Origin: Camelus ferus
Taxonomy: Eukaryota
Assembly: GCF_009834535.1 (NCBI RefSeq)
Contig: NC_045697.1
Coordinates: forward strand, 53,880,001 to 53,944,000
Direction of reading: 5' to 3'
Length of the DNA: 64,000 nt
Shown: one piece after another, positions 12,260 to 24,550 of the stretch
Layout: the number at the start of each line of letters is the position of its first letter
How positions within the stretch are numbered: position 1 is the stretch's first letter
The notes under the pieces: generated by a model
What the model was told of the DNA's origin: nothing
Seen by the model: the letters and a program-made list of their open reading frames with translations, nothing else
The model's database searches: none
Made by a program: the position numbers and the translations under genes

Positions 12260-14975
12260 CTTCCTGGAATAATCTCCAGGGACAGAGGCTGTCAGGCGCC
12301 GTTTTCGCATCTTTCTTTCTTCCTTCTCTCTTCTTGGCAGGTGCCATCTTCATGCTCTCCCTCTGCTGGTGTCCTGATTTTTGTGGCTGCTGCCCAGGGT
12401 ACACCCCTCAACTGCTGGTCTCTGAAGGCTGGTGGGGGGGTTGTGCTCCTGGGTCCCATGGCACTGTAACAATTGAAGAGACAGTTCTTGGCAGACTACC
12501 ACCCCCAGGGCACTGCAAAGACAGTAGACAGAAACACGCCCTCAGTCTTTCTTAAAAATAGACCTGTTTGTTTGTCCAGGAGCTTTGGCCTGAGGGGCAG
12601 GCTTCTGGTCTGGCACATCTCTAGCGGCCTGTGGAGATGCTCTCAGGGAACCGTTAGAACTAACAAACAAATTCAGGAAAAGTGTAGGATATAAAATTCA
12701 TATACAAAAATCTGCTGTGTTTTAATACACTAATAACAAACTATCAGAAAGGAAAATTAAGAAAACAATCCATTTATAATTGCATTGAAAAGAAAATACC
12801 TAGCAATAAATTTAACCAAGGTGAAAGATCTATACTCTGAACAGTAAGAGACACTGATGAAAGAAACTGAAGAAGACACAAATGAATACGAAGATATTCC
12901 GTGATCATGGATTGGAAGAACTATTACTGTTAAAATGTCCATACTAACCAAAGTGAACTACAGATTTACAGTCCCTACCAAAATCCCAAAGGCATTTTTC
13001 CCAGAAATGGAACAAAAAAATCCTAATGTTTGTATGGAATCACAAAAGACCACCAAATAGCCAAAGCAATCTTAAGAAAAAAGGACAAAGCTGGAGGCAT
13101 CACATACCCTGATTTCAAACTATACTACAAATCTATAGTAATCAAAACAGTAGGTATTGGCATCCAGACACATAAATCAATGGAACAGAATAGAGAGCCC
13201 AGAAATAAACCCACACATATATGGTCAACTAATTTACAACAAAAGAGCAAAGAATACACCATGGGATTAGGGCAATCTCTTCAATAAGTGATGCTGGGAA
13301 AACTAGAAGCCCACATGCAAAAGAATGAAACTGGATGTCTTACACCACACACAAAAGTTAACTCAAAATGGATTAAAGAGTTGAAACAATAAAACTACTA
13401 GAAAAGAAAAAAAAAAAAAACAACACAGATGGTAAGATCCTTGACATTAGAATGGCAATGGTGTTTTGGATGATTCCAAAAGCAAAGGCAATAAAAGCAA
13501 ATAAACAAGTGAGACTACAAGCAACCTTGTTTTATTGCACTTCATTTTACTGCCTTTCACAGATACTGCATGTTTTACAAATTGAAAGTTTGTGGAAATC
13601 TTGCTTTGTCAGATGATGATCAGCATTTTTTAGCAATAAAGTATTTTTAAACTAAGGTACATACATTGTTGTTTAAACATATTGCCATTGCATACTTAAT
13701 ATATTATAATATAGTATAAACATAACTTACATGCACTGGGAAACCAAAAAATTTGTGTGACTAGTTTTATTGATAATTTTATTGCAGTGGTCTGGAACTG
13801 AACCTGCAGTATCTCTGAGGTGTGCCTGTACATGAAACTAAAAAACCTCTGCTCAACAAAGGAAATTATCAACAAAATTGAAAAGCAACCTACAGAATTG
13901 GAGGAAATATTTGCAAATCATATCTGATAAGGTGTTAGCACCCAAAATATATTTTTTTAAAAAACTCATAAAATAGCCACACAAAAAAAACTAATTAAAA
14001 AATGACAGATCTGAATAGCCATTTTCCAGTGAAAGCATACAGATGGCCAACAGGTATATGAAAACTTCTCATCATCACTAATCATCGGAGAAATGCAAAT
14101 CAAACAATGAGATATCACCTCACACCTGTTAGAATGGCTATTATTAGAAAGACAAGAAATAACAAGTTTTGGTGAGGATGTAGAGAAAAGGGAGCCCTCC
14201 TGCACTGTTGGTGAGACTATAAATCAGTGCAGCCACTACAGAAAACAATATGGCAGTTTCTAAAAAACATTTAAGAATAGAATTACCATACATTCCAGCA
14301 ATTTCACTTCTGGGTATTTACCCAAAGAAAATGAGAACATTGATTCAGGAAGATATATCCACCTCCATGTTCACTGCAAATTTACAACAGCCAAGGTACA
14401 GACATAAGTGAATAAAGAAAATGTGTATATATACACAGTGGAGTATTGTTCAGCCATAAGAATGAATGAAATATTGCTATTTGTAACATGGACGGACCTT
14501 GATGGCATTACACTCAAGTGAAATTAAGTCAGACAGAGAAAGACAAAACACTGTACGATATAACTTATATGTAGAGTCCAGAAGAAAAAAATTTAAAGTA
14601 AAACTTTAATAAAGCTCAAAAATACAGAAAATAGGTTGGTGGTTACCAAAGATGGCAGGTGGTGGGGGTGAGCAATATGGGTGGTGGGGGTGTGTGAAGT
14701 GGGTGAAGGGGGTAAAAAGTACAAACGTTCAGTTACAAAAGAAACAAGTCATGGAGATACAATACACAGCATGGTGACTACAGCTAATACCACACTGACT
14801 ATCTGAAAGTTGTTAGGGGAGTCAATCTTCAAAGTCCTCATCACAAGAAAAGAAAGTAAAACTACGTACAGTGATGGGTGATAACTAGACTGACTGTGGT
14901 GATGATTTCACAACACAAATACCAAATCATGTTGGACACCTGAAGCTAATATTGTCATATTTCAATTAAAAAACA
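12260..14975 (+). mobile_element. L1MA-type LINE-1: putative 5' UTR fragment joined to distal ORF2 and 3' UTR
   Basis: ORF2-like [25 protein letters not shown] (13030..13287); canonical L1 3' region; A-rich end at ~14970. Confidence 0.88.
13518..13828 (+). mobile_element. Tigger1-derived non-autonomous DNA transposon nested in the L1
   Basis: Terminal inverted repeats CAAGCAACCT.. and ..GAGGTGTGCCTG; TA duplications at 13516-13517 and 13829-13830; removing it restores L1 GACTA|CATGAAACTA. Confidence 0.9.
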
Positions 14976-15689
14976 AATCAATATAAATTTTTAATTTTGA
15001 ATGCTTTTAAAAATATTTTGATTTTTTTCCCTTCGTTCCTAATCAATATCACATCTAGACTATTTTGCCAGATTGCACCAGGAAACACATTCCCAAACAC
15101 AGGACAAATAAGCTTTCCCTTCCTCCTCTCAGATTGTGCGCTATTGCAGTAAAAACAACGTGGCTCAAAGCCTGACCTTGTCGCATCCTAACAATAAAGT
15201 CTGAAGCATCTATCAGAAAGAGATGATGTGAAGAGTAAACATGACATCATTAAAGCTCTCCTCTTTCCTCTTTTCGCCCTTCCCCAGAATTTTACTGTGC
15301 AAACTCAGTGTGCCCTGAGTACCATTCCCCCACATCAACACTTGTGTCTGATGAGTTCAAGTGCAAAACATATCCCTGTGTCACTTCAATAGCTGAAGTG
15401 TACTTTGTTTTATCAAGATCTGTTTGTTCCTATTGATCCTGCACTCACTCATCCACTACTTTACTCAGATCTATGACCCTTTCCCAATGATTTTTCTGTT
15501 TCTGTAAATCGTCAACTGTATTTATGGCATCTTTGGTTCAAGGCCCAGTGAAGTAGAAAAGTTCCTCAAAGATTACATAAAGTTCTACCCTATTCTATGA
15601 TGCAAGACAGAATGGGTTATCCTGCTGTTTGTTGGATCTATCCTTAAACTAACAGTTCCCTGAAGCTGGCAAAATAGTTGTAACAGTTC

Positions 15690-16040
15690 CAGGCTTTGCT
15701 TTCGCATAATTTAGTCCCCTGATGTGAAAAAAAAAAAGTATCTACTCCAGTGACTGTCCTAAGAGCAGGCAAATCTTTCCCAGAAATTCTCGGAAAAACT
15801 CCCATGACATCTCACTGGCCTAAGGATAGTAAACTGCCCAGTTCTAAGCCAAGCCATGGCAAAAGGAATGCCAGGCCCTATGTGACTAGGAGTTCCTAAG
15901 GAAATGGGATAACGCAGGACGGTCAAGTCCATTCTCCAAGGATGGGGCCAACTATTCCTGAATTGCATGGGTTCTGGTAGGGTGGGGATACTTGAGTGAT
16001 AACTGAAGAACTGTTAGAATGTATAAAAAGGATGGAGGCT
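15690..16040 (-). mobile_element. Old MaLR (MLT1-like) LTR fragment
   Basis: Motifs TTTCCCAGAA, ATCTCACTGGCC and AAGCCAAGCCATGGCAAAAGG. Confidence 0.4.
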
Positions 16041-17685
16041 ACATAGGAAACCAGTTAACATTCACAGTAACTATTATTTAGACTTTATTAATAAAATGAA
16101 GTCAGTGCATCTGTTCTCAAATCATCACTCTAGCTGTATGACCTCACTGTGGTGTTGAAATACAGCTGCTACAGAATAGGTAATGTATGTTTCTAAAGAT
16201 GTCTGTTTACAAAGTATGAGAAGAGCCCAAGTTCTTGCATGAGTTTTTCTACAAAACAGAATATGGGTTTGTGATTTTGAAATAAGAAATGATGCAAATG
16301 GGGATTTAACTTTAAATCCAAAATCCCAAAAAGGAAGTTTACATTCAGTAAAATTTTATGTGCATCTAAATAGCTTTGAAAACACACACACACACACACC
16401 CCAAATTGAGTATTACGAGGTTAAAATCAATCCCAATATTATTCTGTCATCATAGATTTCAGTTAAAAACTCTCAGAAGTTACACAGAGGAAAAACACAT
16501 TTCTCCAGTAAAATACTTTAAATAGGATGTTCCCATAAAAACCACTTAAGTTCCTTAATTTTGTACCAAAATTCTCATACACTTCTGAAAACCACTACAA
16601 ATGAAGCGGGTAGACGGAATTTTTGTAGTCTATTAGCCAGTTGTTAATATTTTGTTGATTTAATATTTCCAACCTAAGGGAAAAAAAAGAAAATCTGAGC
16701 TCATATTCCAGAATCAGAGTCCCTTGGAAATTCTGTGAGGCTAACTGCAGCCCCCTGCCCTGTCTTTTGCCACACATTTTAAAAACAAAGTTCCTTTGAG
16801 TGACTTCAGTGGAAGCCAAGATCCGGAAGTTTCCTGACCTTTCATAACCTGAATATCATTTGTAGGATTGAATTGTCTTTCAGATGCCACAGACAGGTTT
16901 AGGACATAGAGAAGAAACTGAAAGGGAACCACAAAGACTTAAAAGCATGAAAAGGAGGGGAAAAAAATAAATGACCCGTATTACAGAGGATGGAATGCTC
17001 TAAATTGTTTAAGCTCTAAGATTCCAATTCCTACTACAAGGAACTTGAAGTCTAAAAGTTTGGACAAATAGTGTCACAGGTGCCTAATTTTTAATACATA
17101 TAACAAATTACACTTGGGATGTTTTCTATCCAAATCAAACCAAATTTTAAAAATTGGGATAAAATCATCCATGTGTGTCAGTCACCCTGACCTTGGAGTC
17201 GGGAACTCCAGCATAGTCAGTCAAATGCTGGCAACTTACACTTCCTTCTTATTCCATGTTTCAATGCCTTAGGATGATAATTTTAAGACTAAGCCTGAGA
17301 ATAAAATCATCATAGGGGAAAGCAAAGCCAAAAGAGAAGTGACATTGTTTCACTCCCTTGAAGTTTTACTCTAGCCAATAAAATCCTGACTGAATTTCTA
17401 TAAACTCTGAATAATTGAATTTTGTTTTTGACTTGAACATGTTGGTGATGTATAGGTTTTTAGAAACAATATTGTGGAATACATGAAAGAAACTATGCTT
17501 TTCACAGCAAGGAAAGCTGCCATAAATATCTTCAAATAGCTAATCAGGATTTCCATTTTACATTTCTATTATTTTGACTCCTCTGCATAGGAGAAAAAAA
17601 AATATCATGCAATCTTTTACACCGTGGTCCTGTCAGTTTTTTTCATCCAAAAAAATCAGGAGGAGAGAAACCAGTTACTTTGAAG

Positions 17686-18406
17686 ATAAATGCTGGAAAA
17701 GGCATGGAGAAAAGGGAACCCTCCTACACTGTTGGTGGGAATGTAAATTGGTGCAGTCACTAGGGAGAATAGTATGAAGTTTCTTTAAAAAACTAAAACT
17801 AAGAGTTACCATAGGATCCAGCAATCCTACTCCTGGGCATATATCCAAAGAAAACTGTAATATCAATAGATATATGCACTCTAATGTTCGTAACAGCACT
17901 ATTTACAATAGCCAAGACATGGAAACAACCTAAATGTCCATCGACAGATGACTGGATAAAGATGTGATTGATATATTCAACGGAGTATTACTCAGTTATA
18001 CAAAGGAATGAAATAACGCCATTTGCAGAAACATGGATGGCCCTAGAGATTATCACACTGAGTCAGTGACAGACGAGTATCATAACACTTATATGTGAAT
18101 CTAAAAAAATGATACAAATGAACTTATTTACAAAACATAAATAGTATCACAGACATAGAAAACAAACTTATGGTTACCAAAGGGGAAATTTGAGGGATGA
18201 ATAAATTAGGAGTTTGGAACTAACACATATAATATAGATAACCAACAAGGGCCTACTCTATAGCACAGGGGACTGTATTCAGTATCTTGTAGTAATCTTT
18301 GCAAGAAAAGAGTCTGAAAAAGAATAGATTTACCTATATATAGAACTGAATCACTTTGCTGTACACCTGAAACATTGTAAATAAACCATACCTCAATTTT
18401 TAAAAA
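17686..18406 (+). mobile_element. 5'-truncated artiodactyl-type L1 3' end
   Basis: [23 protein letters not shown]2 C-terminus; 3' UTR ..TCACTTTGCTGTACACCTGAAAC.. Confidence 0.92.
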
Positions 18407-19129
18407 TGAAAAAGTTCCTGATATTGTAAAAAATATATATATACTTATATACAAAATAGTAAGGGAACTTTATTTTGTATAGGCTTGCTTTTAAAAAACT
18501 TTTAAAAATCAGTATTTTTTCTGAATGTGGGGAAAATGAGTCTTTAATGTTTGGTATGTATGCTGTATTCCTTCATCTTGCTTGGGCTCCTGACTGATTA
18601 TGTCACTAGTCACCTAAAACTAGTAATTTGTTTTGGAAAATCAGGACACCAAAATGGTATGGTTCTTAAAACCCAATTGGAAATCAATGCATAAACGACC
18701 TGCGGTTTCATCTTGACCTGGCAGTTACCTCTTTTAGAAGGGTAAACCCAATGGAGCCTTAGCAGAGTAGGTCTTTCTTAGTATCTCTGTAGCTGTTCTC
18801 TCAGCTATGAATTTACAGACTGAAGATCTGAAGGGCACGTGCAGGAAATGTGCTGAGAAGCCCTCAGATTTAGTAAATAATTTTTAAAACCAGAAAAAAA
18901 AAAAGATCAGGAGGGGGAGAAACCAATTATTTTGATGACTAAATCAGCTAACATTAAGCATATAGGATTGTATCTGGTACTTAAATAGGAAATCAGAAAT
19001 AGGAAATAGAAACCTGAAGGAAATACATTTAATATTCTTAGTAGAACCCAGCATCATCATTTAAAAATATTTATTAATACTCTACTTTTCCAAGAGATGA
19101 GGTGACTTCTTCAAAAAACACCAAATTGG

Positions 19130-19330
19130 ATAAAAACACGGGTTGAACCTTGGCTCCACCAATTATCAACTTCACAATCTTGGACAAGTTATTAGCTTCT
19201 TTGGGCCTCTCTCTCCATCTTAAAAATAGGGAGTTGGATGTCATATGAAGGTGAAATAAGTCAGTACACGAAAGCCACTAAGTGCCTTTAAATGCTAAGC
19301 GCTCAATATAACTTGTATTTTATTATTACT
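19130..19330 (+). mobile_element. MIR SINE
   Basis: GGGTTGAACCTTGGCTCCACC..TTGGACAAGTTA..TTGGGCCTC..CCATCTTAAAAATAGG core. Confidence 0.65.
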
Positions 19331-20220
19331 GTTATAATTTCAGGAAAATGACTACTGGTCATTTACCCACCGGTCTTGTATAACTGGTCACCTCATAAAG
19401 TAACATTTTTAGTGATTCCTCTACATTTTAGAAATTTTTCAGTTTAAGAACTTGAAAAGAAAACCTTAGATATTAATGTGTAAAACTAATGAAAACAAAG
19501 TATCAGTGAAATGACCTGCATTGCATTACCAGCTGGTTTAGTTTAAATGAAGGCAAATACTGAAACTAGAACCCAGTTTTCTTAACACATAGTTAAATAT
19601 TCTTTCGTCTCTCCCTACACTCATAGATTTAAAATAAACCCTTAGGCTTTATTTTTGAAATAGGTAAATAAAACCACTAATTACAAGTGCATGGAAAAAT
19701 ATTCTAAGTGCCAGTGAGAATATGGAAGCAGTAAACTGATAGTTTTAAATATCCTTCCACAGTGAAGTTCTTATGTTCGAGACTAATAAATAGAGTAAAT
19801 ACCAAACTGTGATTCTGATTAGTACAGGACACAATTATAAATATGACAATGCATGAAAACAAAAAATGTGGTCAAATATTCAGATATCCCAAATGTTTAA
19901 ATATTCAACATAATAAAAGCCAAAATTACAAGTGTAACTCAAAATAAAACACAAAAATATTTTTCATAAACTGTGTTTTATATAGCTTGTTATTACTGAC
20001 AGGGAATGATGAACTTAAAATAACTATGTGGTTTAAATTTTAAGTAAAATAGAAAATATCTAAGGTAGCTAACTTATCAAAGATGAAAACAGAAAACCTG
20101 AAAGAAGAAAGCAATTCTGTGCCCAGAGTAGAACCAAAAATTTTATCAGGTGAAGAACACTTAACCAACATAGGAAATTAACTCCATTGTGTACCATTAG
20201 TTCTTGTATTAGAAAGTTAA

Positions 20221-20705
20221 TTAAAGAACCTGTGGTACATTTATATAATGGAATACTACTCAGCCATAAAAAATAATAAAATAATGCCATTTGCAGCAAC
20301 ACAGATGAACCTGGAGATTGTCATTCTAAGTGAAGCAAGCCAGAAAGAGAAAGAAAAATCCATGTATCACTTACACGTGGAATCTAAAAAAAAGAAAAAC
20401 AAAGACAAACTTATTTACAAAACAGAAACAGACTCACACAGAAAACAAACTATGGTTACCAGGGGGAAGGGATAAAGTAGGAGTTCAGATTTGCAGATAC
20501 TAACTAATATATATAAAATAGATAAACAAGTTTATACTGTATAGCACAGGGAAATATATTTAATAACCTGTAGTAACTTATGGTGAAAAGGAATATGAAA
20601 ACAAACATATGTATGTTCCTATATGACTGAAGTATTGTGCTGTACACCAGAAATTGACACAACACTGTAGACTGATTATACTTCAATAAAAATATACATA
20701 AAAAA
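20221..20705 (+). mobile_element. Young 5'-truncated L1 3' end with target-site duplication
   Basis: MEYYSAIKNNKIMPFAAT.. ORF2 end, AATAAA and A tail; TSD AGAAAGTTAA at 20211-20220 and 20706-20715. Confidence 0.93.
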
Positions 20706-20839
20706 AGAAAGTTAAATGACCTAGGTTAATTGCTAAAATATGCAAAAAAAAAAAAAAAAAGGCAAATGGGGCCCCTACAATCCCTAAACACAAAGCATTC
20801 TTTGATGCCCACTAATACATAAGAAAACAAACTTGCTTC

Positions 20840-20889
20840 CAGACAAGAAAGAAACACAACGGGTAAGTGTCAATCTTTACCAATTTATT
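20840..20889 (-). terminator. YTHDC1 polyadenylation signal and GU/U-rich downstream element
   Basis: AATAAA at 20889-20884, CA at 20869-20868, then GTTGTGTTTCTTTCTTGT; TGTA just upstream of the hexamer. Confidence 0.8.
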
Positions 20890-21635
20890 TTATACAAAAC
20901 AGTAGCAATGTAGAATATGGGAATTATCTTCCGCTGCCGCACACACAAGTTGTGAACATTCCAGGCCGATGTGTACAGTGTGGAGGGGAAGGCTAAAGCG
21001 ATGGCATCAACCATGCTACTGAACATGGGAATTTATTTAAAAAGATTAAAAATTAGATAGCAATGTCTTCTTAATATTGCTCTCATCATTGAAGATGGAA
21101 GAAAAATAAAAAGTGACCTTTTTTAAGATTAAAAAAAAAAGGAAAGGGAGAAACCAAGAGGCTGCTACAACACTGCCATACAGTCAAACCATCATACTTC
21201 AATATTTGCATACCTGATAGCAGCATTATTTTTACTGAACCGTGTGCAACTACATTTAGAAACACATCAAAGCAAAATATCATGGCAGTCATCAGTAAGA
21301 TCCAAAAGGAAGAAAACAAACAAAAATAACTCTAGGATGAACACGCTATAAGTAGATAAACATTACGGAGAATGAATCAATATCTACATTCTTGGACTGT
21401 TCCATTCTGCCCCAGTAAGTGTCAACTCAAATTGTCAGCTGTGCATTTTTGGAGGATTTGAGTTTTTCCAGTTCTTATTATACTGCATGCTTGGAACAAA
21501 GAGGGTCATAATAAATCCTTCTACACAATGAACTTTAAGCAGACAGCTGAAAATAAATTTACTACTTGTAAACACACACAAAAAGAAAAATACAAGATTT
21601 TTTATCTTTAAACGATCAGTGCTTCCAAAAGCGCA
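20868..21635 (-). other. YTHDC1: YTHDC1 3' UTR (~770 nt)
   Basis: Unique sequence between the stop codon and the poly(A) signal; the cleavage position is inferred. Confidence 0.75.
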
Positions 21636-21860
21636 TTATCTTCTATAACGACCTCTCTCCCCTCGGTCTCTGTCCCGATCACATAATCGCTCTCTTTCTC
21701 TTTCTCTATCACGTCCTCTATCTCGCTCTCTGTCTCTTCTGTTATCTCTAGGACGGTCACGTTCTCGCTCCCGATCTCTTTCACGGGGTCTACTTCTCCG
21801 ACCACTGACAACAGCTTGTGTTCGACGAAGGAAATCATCCACCCTCATATCATAATCATG
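21636..21860 (-). CDS. YTHDC1: YTHDC1 exon 17 coding part, Arg/Asp/Glu-rich tail ([13 protein letters not shown]...GERGRYRR*)
   Basis: CCTTTTTTAG acceptor; TAA at 21636-21638; exons sum to 2196 nt = 731 aa + stop. Confidence 0.98.
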   Translation of the reverse strand, partial: HDYDMRVDDFLRRTQAVVSGRRSRPRERDRERERDRPRDNRRDRERDRGRDRERERERLCDRDRDRGERGRYRR

Positions 21861-23910
21861 CTAAAAAAGGTAAGAAATGGGTATGGTATGTCAAAATCAA
21901 ATGGAATTTATGAGTCCCTTTATTATAATTGTCTGGTAGAGAGAAAGAATCTAGAGAAATATACTTATGCATTAATTCACAGAATGTAATTCTGACGCTG
22001 TTTAGAAAAAGGATTTTGATGTCTTACTCATTAGACACCTACAGCAGAGGATTATTCAAATCTCGTTAAAAATTACTTCATGTAGTTAGTTTTCTATTTA
22101 ATTTCTCCATCCAATCCCTTTAATAAGATTTAGGCCAAAATAATCACCTAGTGGGGACCATCAACCACATGATCAAGACATGAATACATGTTGCCAATTC
22201 CATTAAATGTCATCAATGTTTTTCTGCAACATGGTGAACCCTGTTTTTCCTCCTTTGATTCTACAAACTAAAACTAAGCCAACTCTGCCCTCTTAAGGTG
22301 AAATTAGGAATTTTTCCATTCTGGATTTTCTCTCAAACTAAATCACTGTTAATAACAAACAGTTCAGGCATTTCATAGAATTTTGAGAAAATACGTACTG
22401 CAGTAAGATTGTGGAGTCTACTCCACACAGAGCTAATAATCCACAAAAGGTAGAGGAGGACAGCGAAGGGTAAGGTTAAGCAACTGAGGTGCAAAGTTGC
22501 CATGCGGCTACTTCTAAGTCTGATACCTCCTCTGGGCTTTCTATTCTTAGTTCGCAGCTCAACTCTACTTACTGAACTTGGTCTCTTCAAAAGTCAGCTG
22601 GAATATACAGGATATAAGGTTCAACAATTCCACATTACCTTTCATATATAATAAATAAGTAAATATTACGTGAGCATGGAACATAAATACTAACCAAAAA
22701 GCAAGCACATAAATGTGCACGAAACAGAACTTGTTAAAAAAGACGAGTATATTTTGTAAAAGAATCTCAGGAAAACTTCCTATTGTGAAAATAATATGAT
22801 CATTCACAAAAGGGATTTTTTTTTTAAACACAACCCAGTAATCTAGTTAACTAAGATTTCATCATACACAGGCTGTATATTTCTTTTTCTGTGACTGAAA
22901 AAAAAAAAAAAACCCACTAAAGTCTATTAGTCATTAATATTCACAGACTGTTTTACTGAATATTGAAAGTTCTAGTATGACTTTATTTTGAAGGATTAAT
23001 ATCTGTATAAGGATAACGAAATAAATGACAGACCAAAGTATCTCAATGACAGGCTAGGAAACTACTGCTCTGACGGGCCCTCTCAAATATGCAAGCCCTT
23101 CACCATCTGGGAAGATAAAAGGAGTTTATGTGGCCCAGCACAGAGTCAGAGAGTGTGTGTGCGCGTGTGCGTGCATAACATTTAAGAAACAAACTCGACC
23201 CAACTACTATGTTGAAGACCCAGAAATCTCAAACTGGAGACTGTCTTTCATTCATCCTATTTTGAAGTTACTGAAAAAAAGCTTTCATATCAACTATTGG
23301 AACCAAAATTTATTAAGAGACAATTACTTTTCTGCTGCATTGCTTCTTATCTGTTTGTCATTTGCTGTATCATCATAAGAATCAAGACAGAGAGGTGAAA
23401 TAATTCATTTGATTACTAGCTTTAACAAAATATGGTAGAACCAGAAATAAATGACTAAATGAGATTAGAGTTTATCTATTAACTAAATATATACCATCTA
23501 TCGTACAAAAATTGAGTCAGCCAGAATATATAGAGCTTAGAAATACCTATCTGTAATATTAATTACAGAGTTGTATTTAAAGATCCAAGCACAAAAAGAA
23601 AACATCCTAGTTTATGGTATCTTTAGGACACCACCTAGTTTGCTATATCACTAGGACATTACCTGAAAGTTGTATGTAGGAGTTGCCTCAACCTAAGTAG
23701 TTCATGCTTGATCAGTGAAAGAAATATAGTCTAGTTAAATGGGATTAGTCACTTTTAGTAAAAACAAACCGTGAACTGCTTCAAAGTCTGCAGTAAGCAG
23801 TAAGAACATGAAACATTCCACCACTCAACGTGCCCTGGTATACCCCACATTTAAATTTTCTACAGAATTATAAGTAGATCCCTCACATCTCTGCCTTCTT
23901 ATGCACTTAC

Positions 23911-24045
23911 TACTCGTTTATCTCTGTATCTGGCTTCATGTGGTACTGGGTGATGTCCTGAGTAAGGGGGATGAGCTTGAGGAGGTGGAGCATGGTGCTG
24001 ATAGTAAGGATGGTGTGGAGGTTGTTCCATCCCAGGATAAGGAGT
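23911..24045 (-). CDS. YTHDC1: YTHDC1 exon 16, Pro/His-rich ([45 protein letters not shown], 135 nt)
   Basis: TTTTTTAG acceptor, GTAAGT donor. Confidence 0.96.
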
Positions 24046-24309
24046 CTAAAAAAAGAAAACTTCCATGAGCATCTACCAAACACCCTTGTAAACAAACCAT
24101 TTTTAGAATTCCCCTATCCAAACCACCCATCCCAAACAATTTAATCTGTACTAGCCTTCCACTTTGATGGTATTAGGATTGTTCACAATATTGTATTTGC
24201 TTATTGAAAACACATGTGCAATAAACTATCCAATTGGATACATATCTTGTAAGATTTAACATGCTTATACTTTTTAACATATTATTTAAATTCTAATAGA
24301 CATAGCAAG

Positions 24310-24550
24310 CCGTTACTACACATTGATTACTATGAACCAGGCACTATCCTAAGCACTTCACACATCTCATTTAATTCTCACAGCAACCCTACCAGATAGG
24401 TACTATTACATAATCATAGTTTACAAAAGGGGAAACTGAGGCACCAAAATGGTCAAGTAATTTGCTTAAGATCACATTGCTATTAAAGGAGTGGAAGTTA
24501 GACACAGCATTAAGCACTCTGGCTCTGGAATCAGTCATCCTAACCATTGT
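24310..24550 (-). mobile_element. MIR SINE (intron 15)
   Basis: CCAGGCACTATCCTAAGCACTT..CTCATTTAATTCTCACAGCAACCCT..GGGGAAACTGAGGCA. Confidence 0.8.

Noticed and set aside
15000..17600. Mostly unique intergenic DNA, examined for exons of a neighbouring gene such as the TMPRSS11 cluster
   Set aside because: No recognisable coding motifs or convincingly paired splice sites
21608..21838. 76-aa Glu/Thr-rich ORF overlapping exon 17
   Set aside because: Alternative frame of the repetitive RD/RE codons
23905..23913. Tandem donor CGA|GTA|GTAAGT at the end of exon 16
   Set aside because: The upstream GT (GTAGTA) is far weaker than GTAAGT and would remove only one Val
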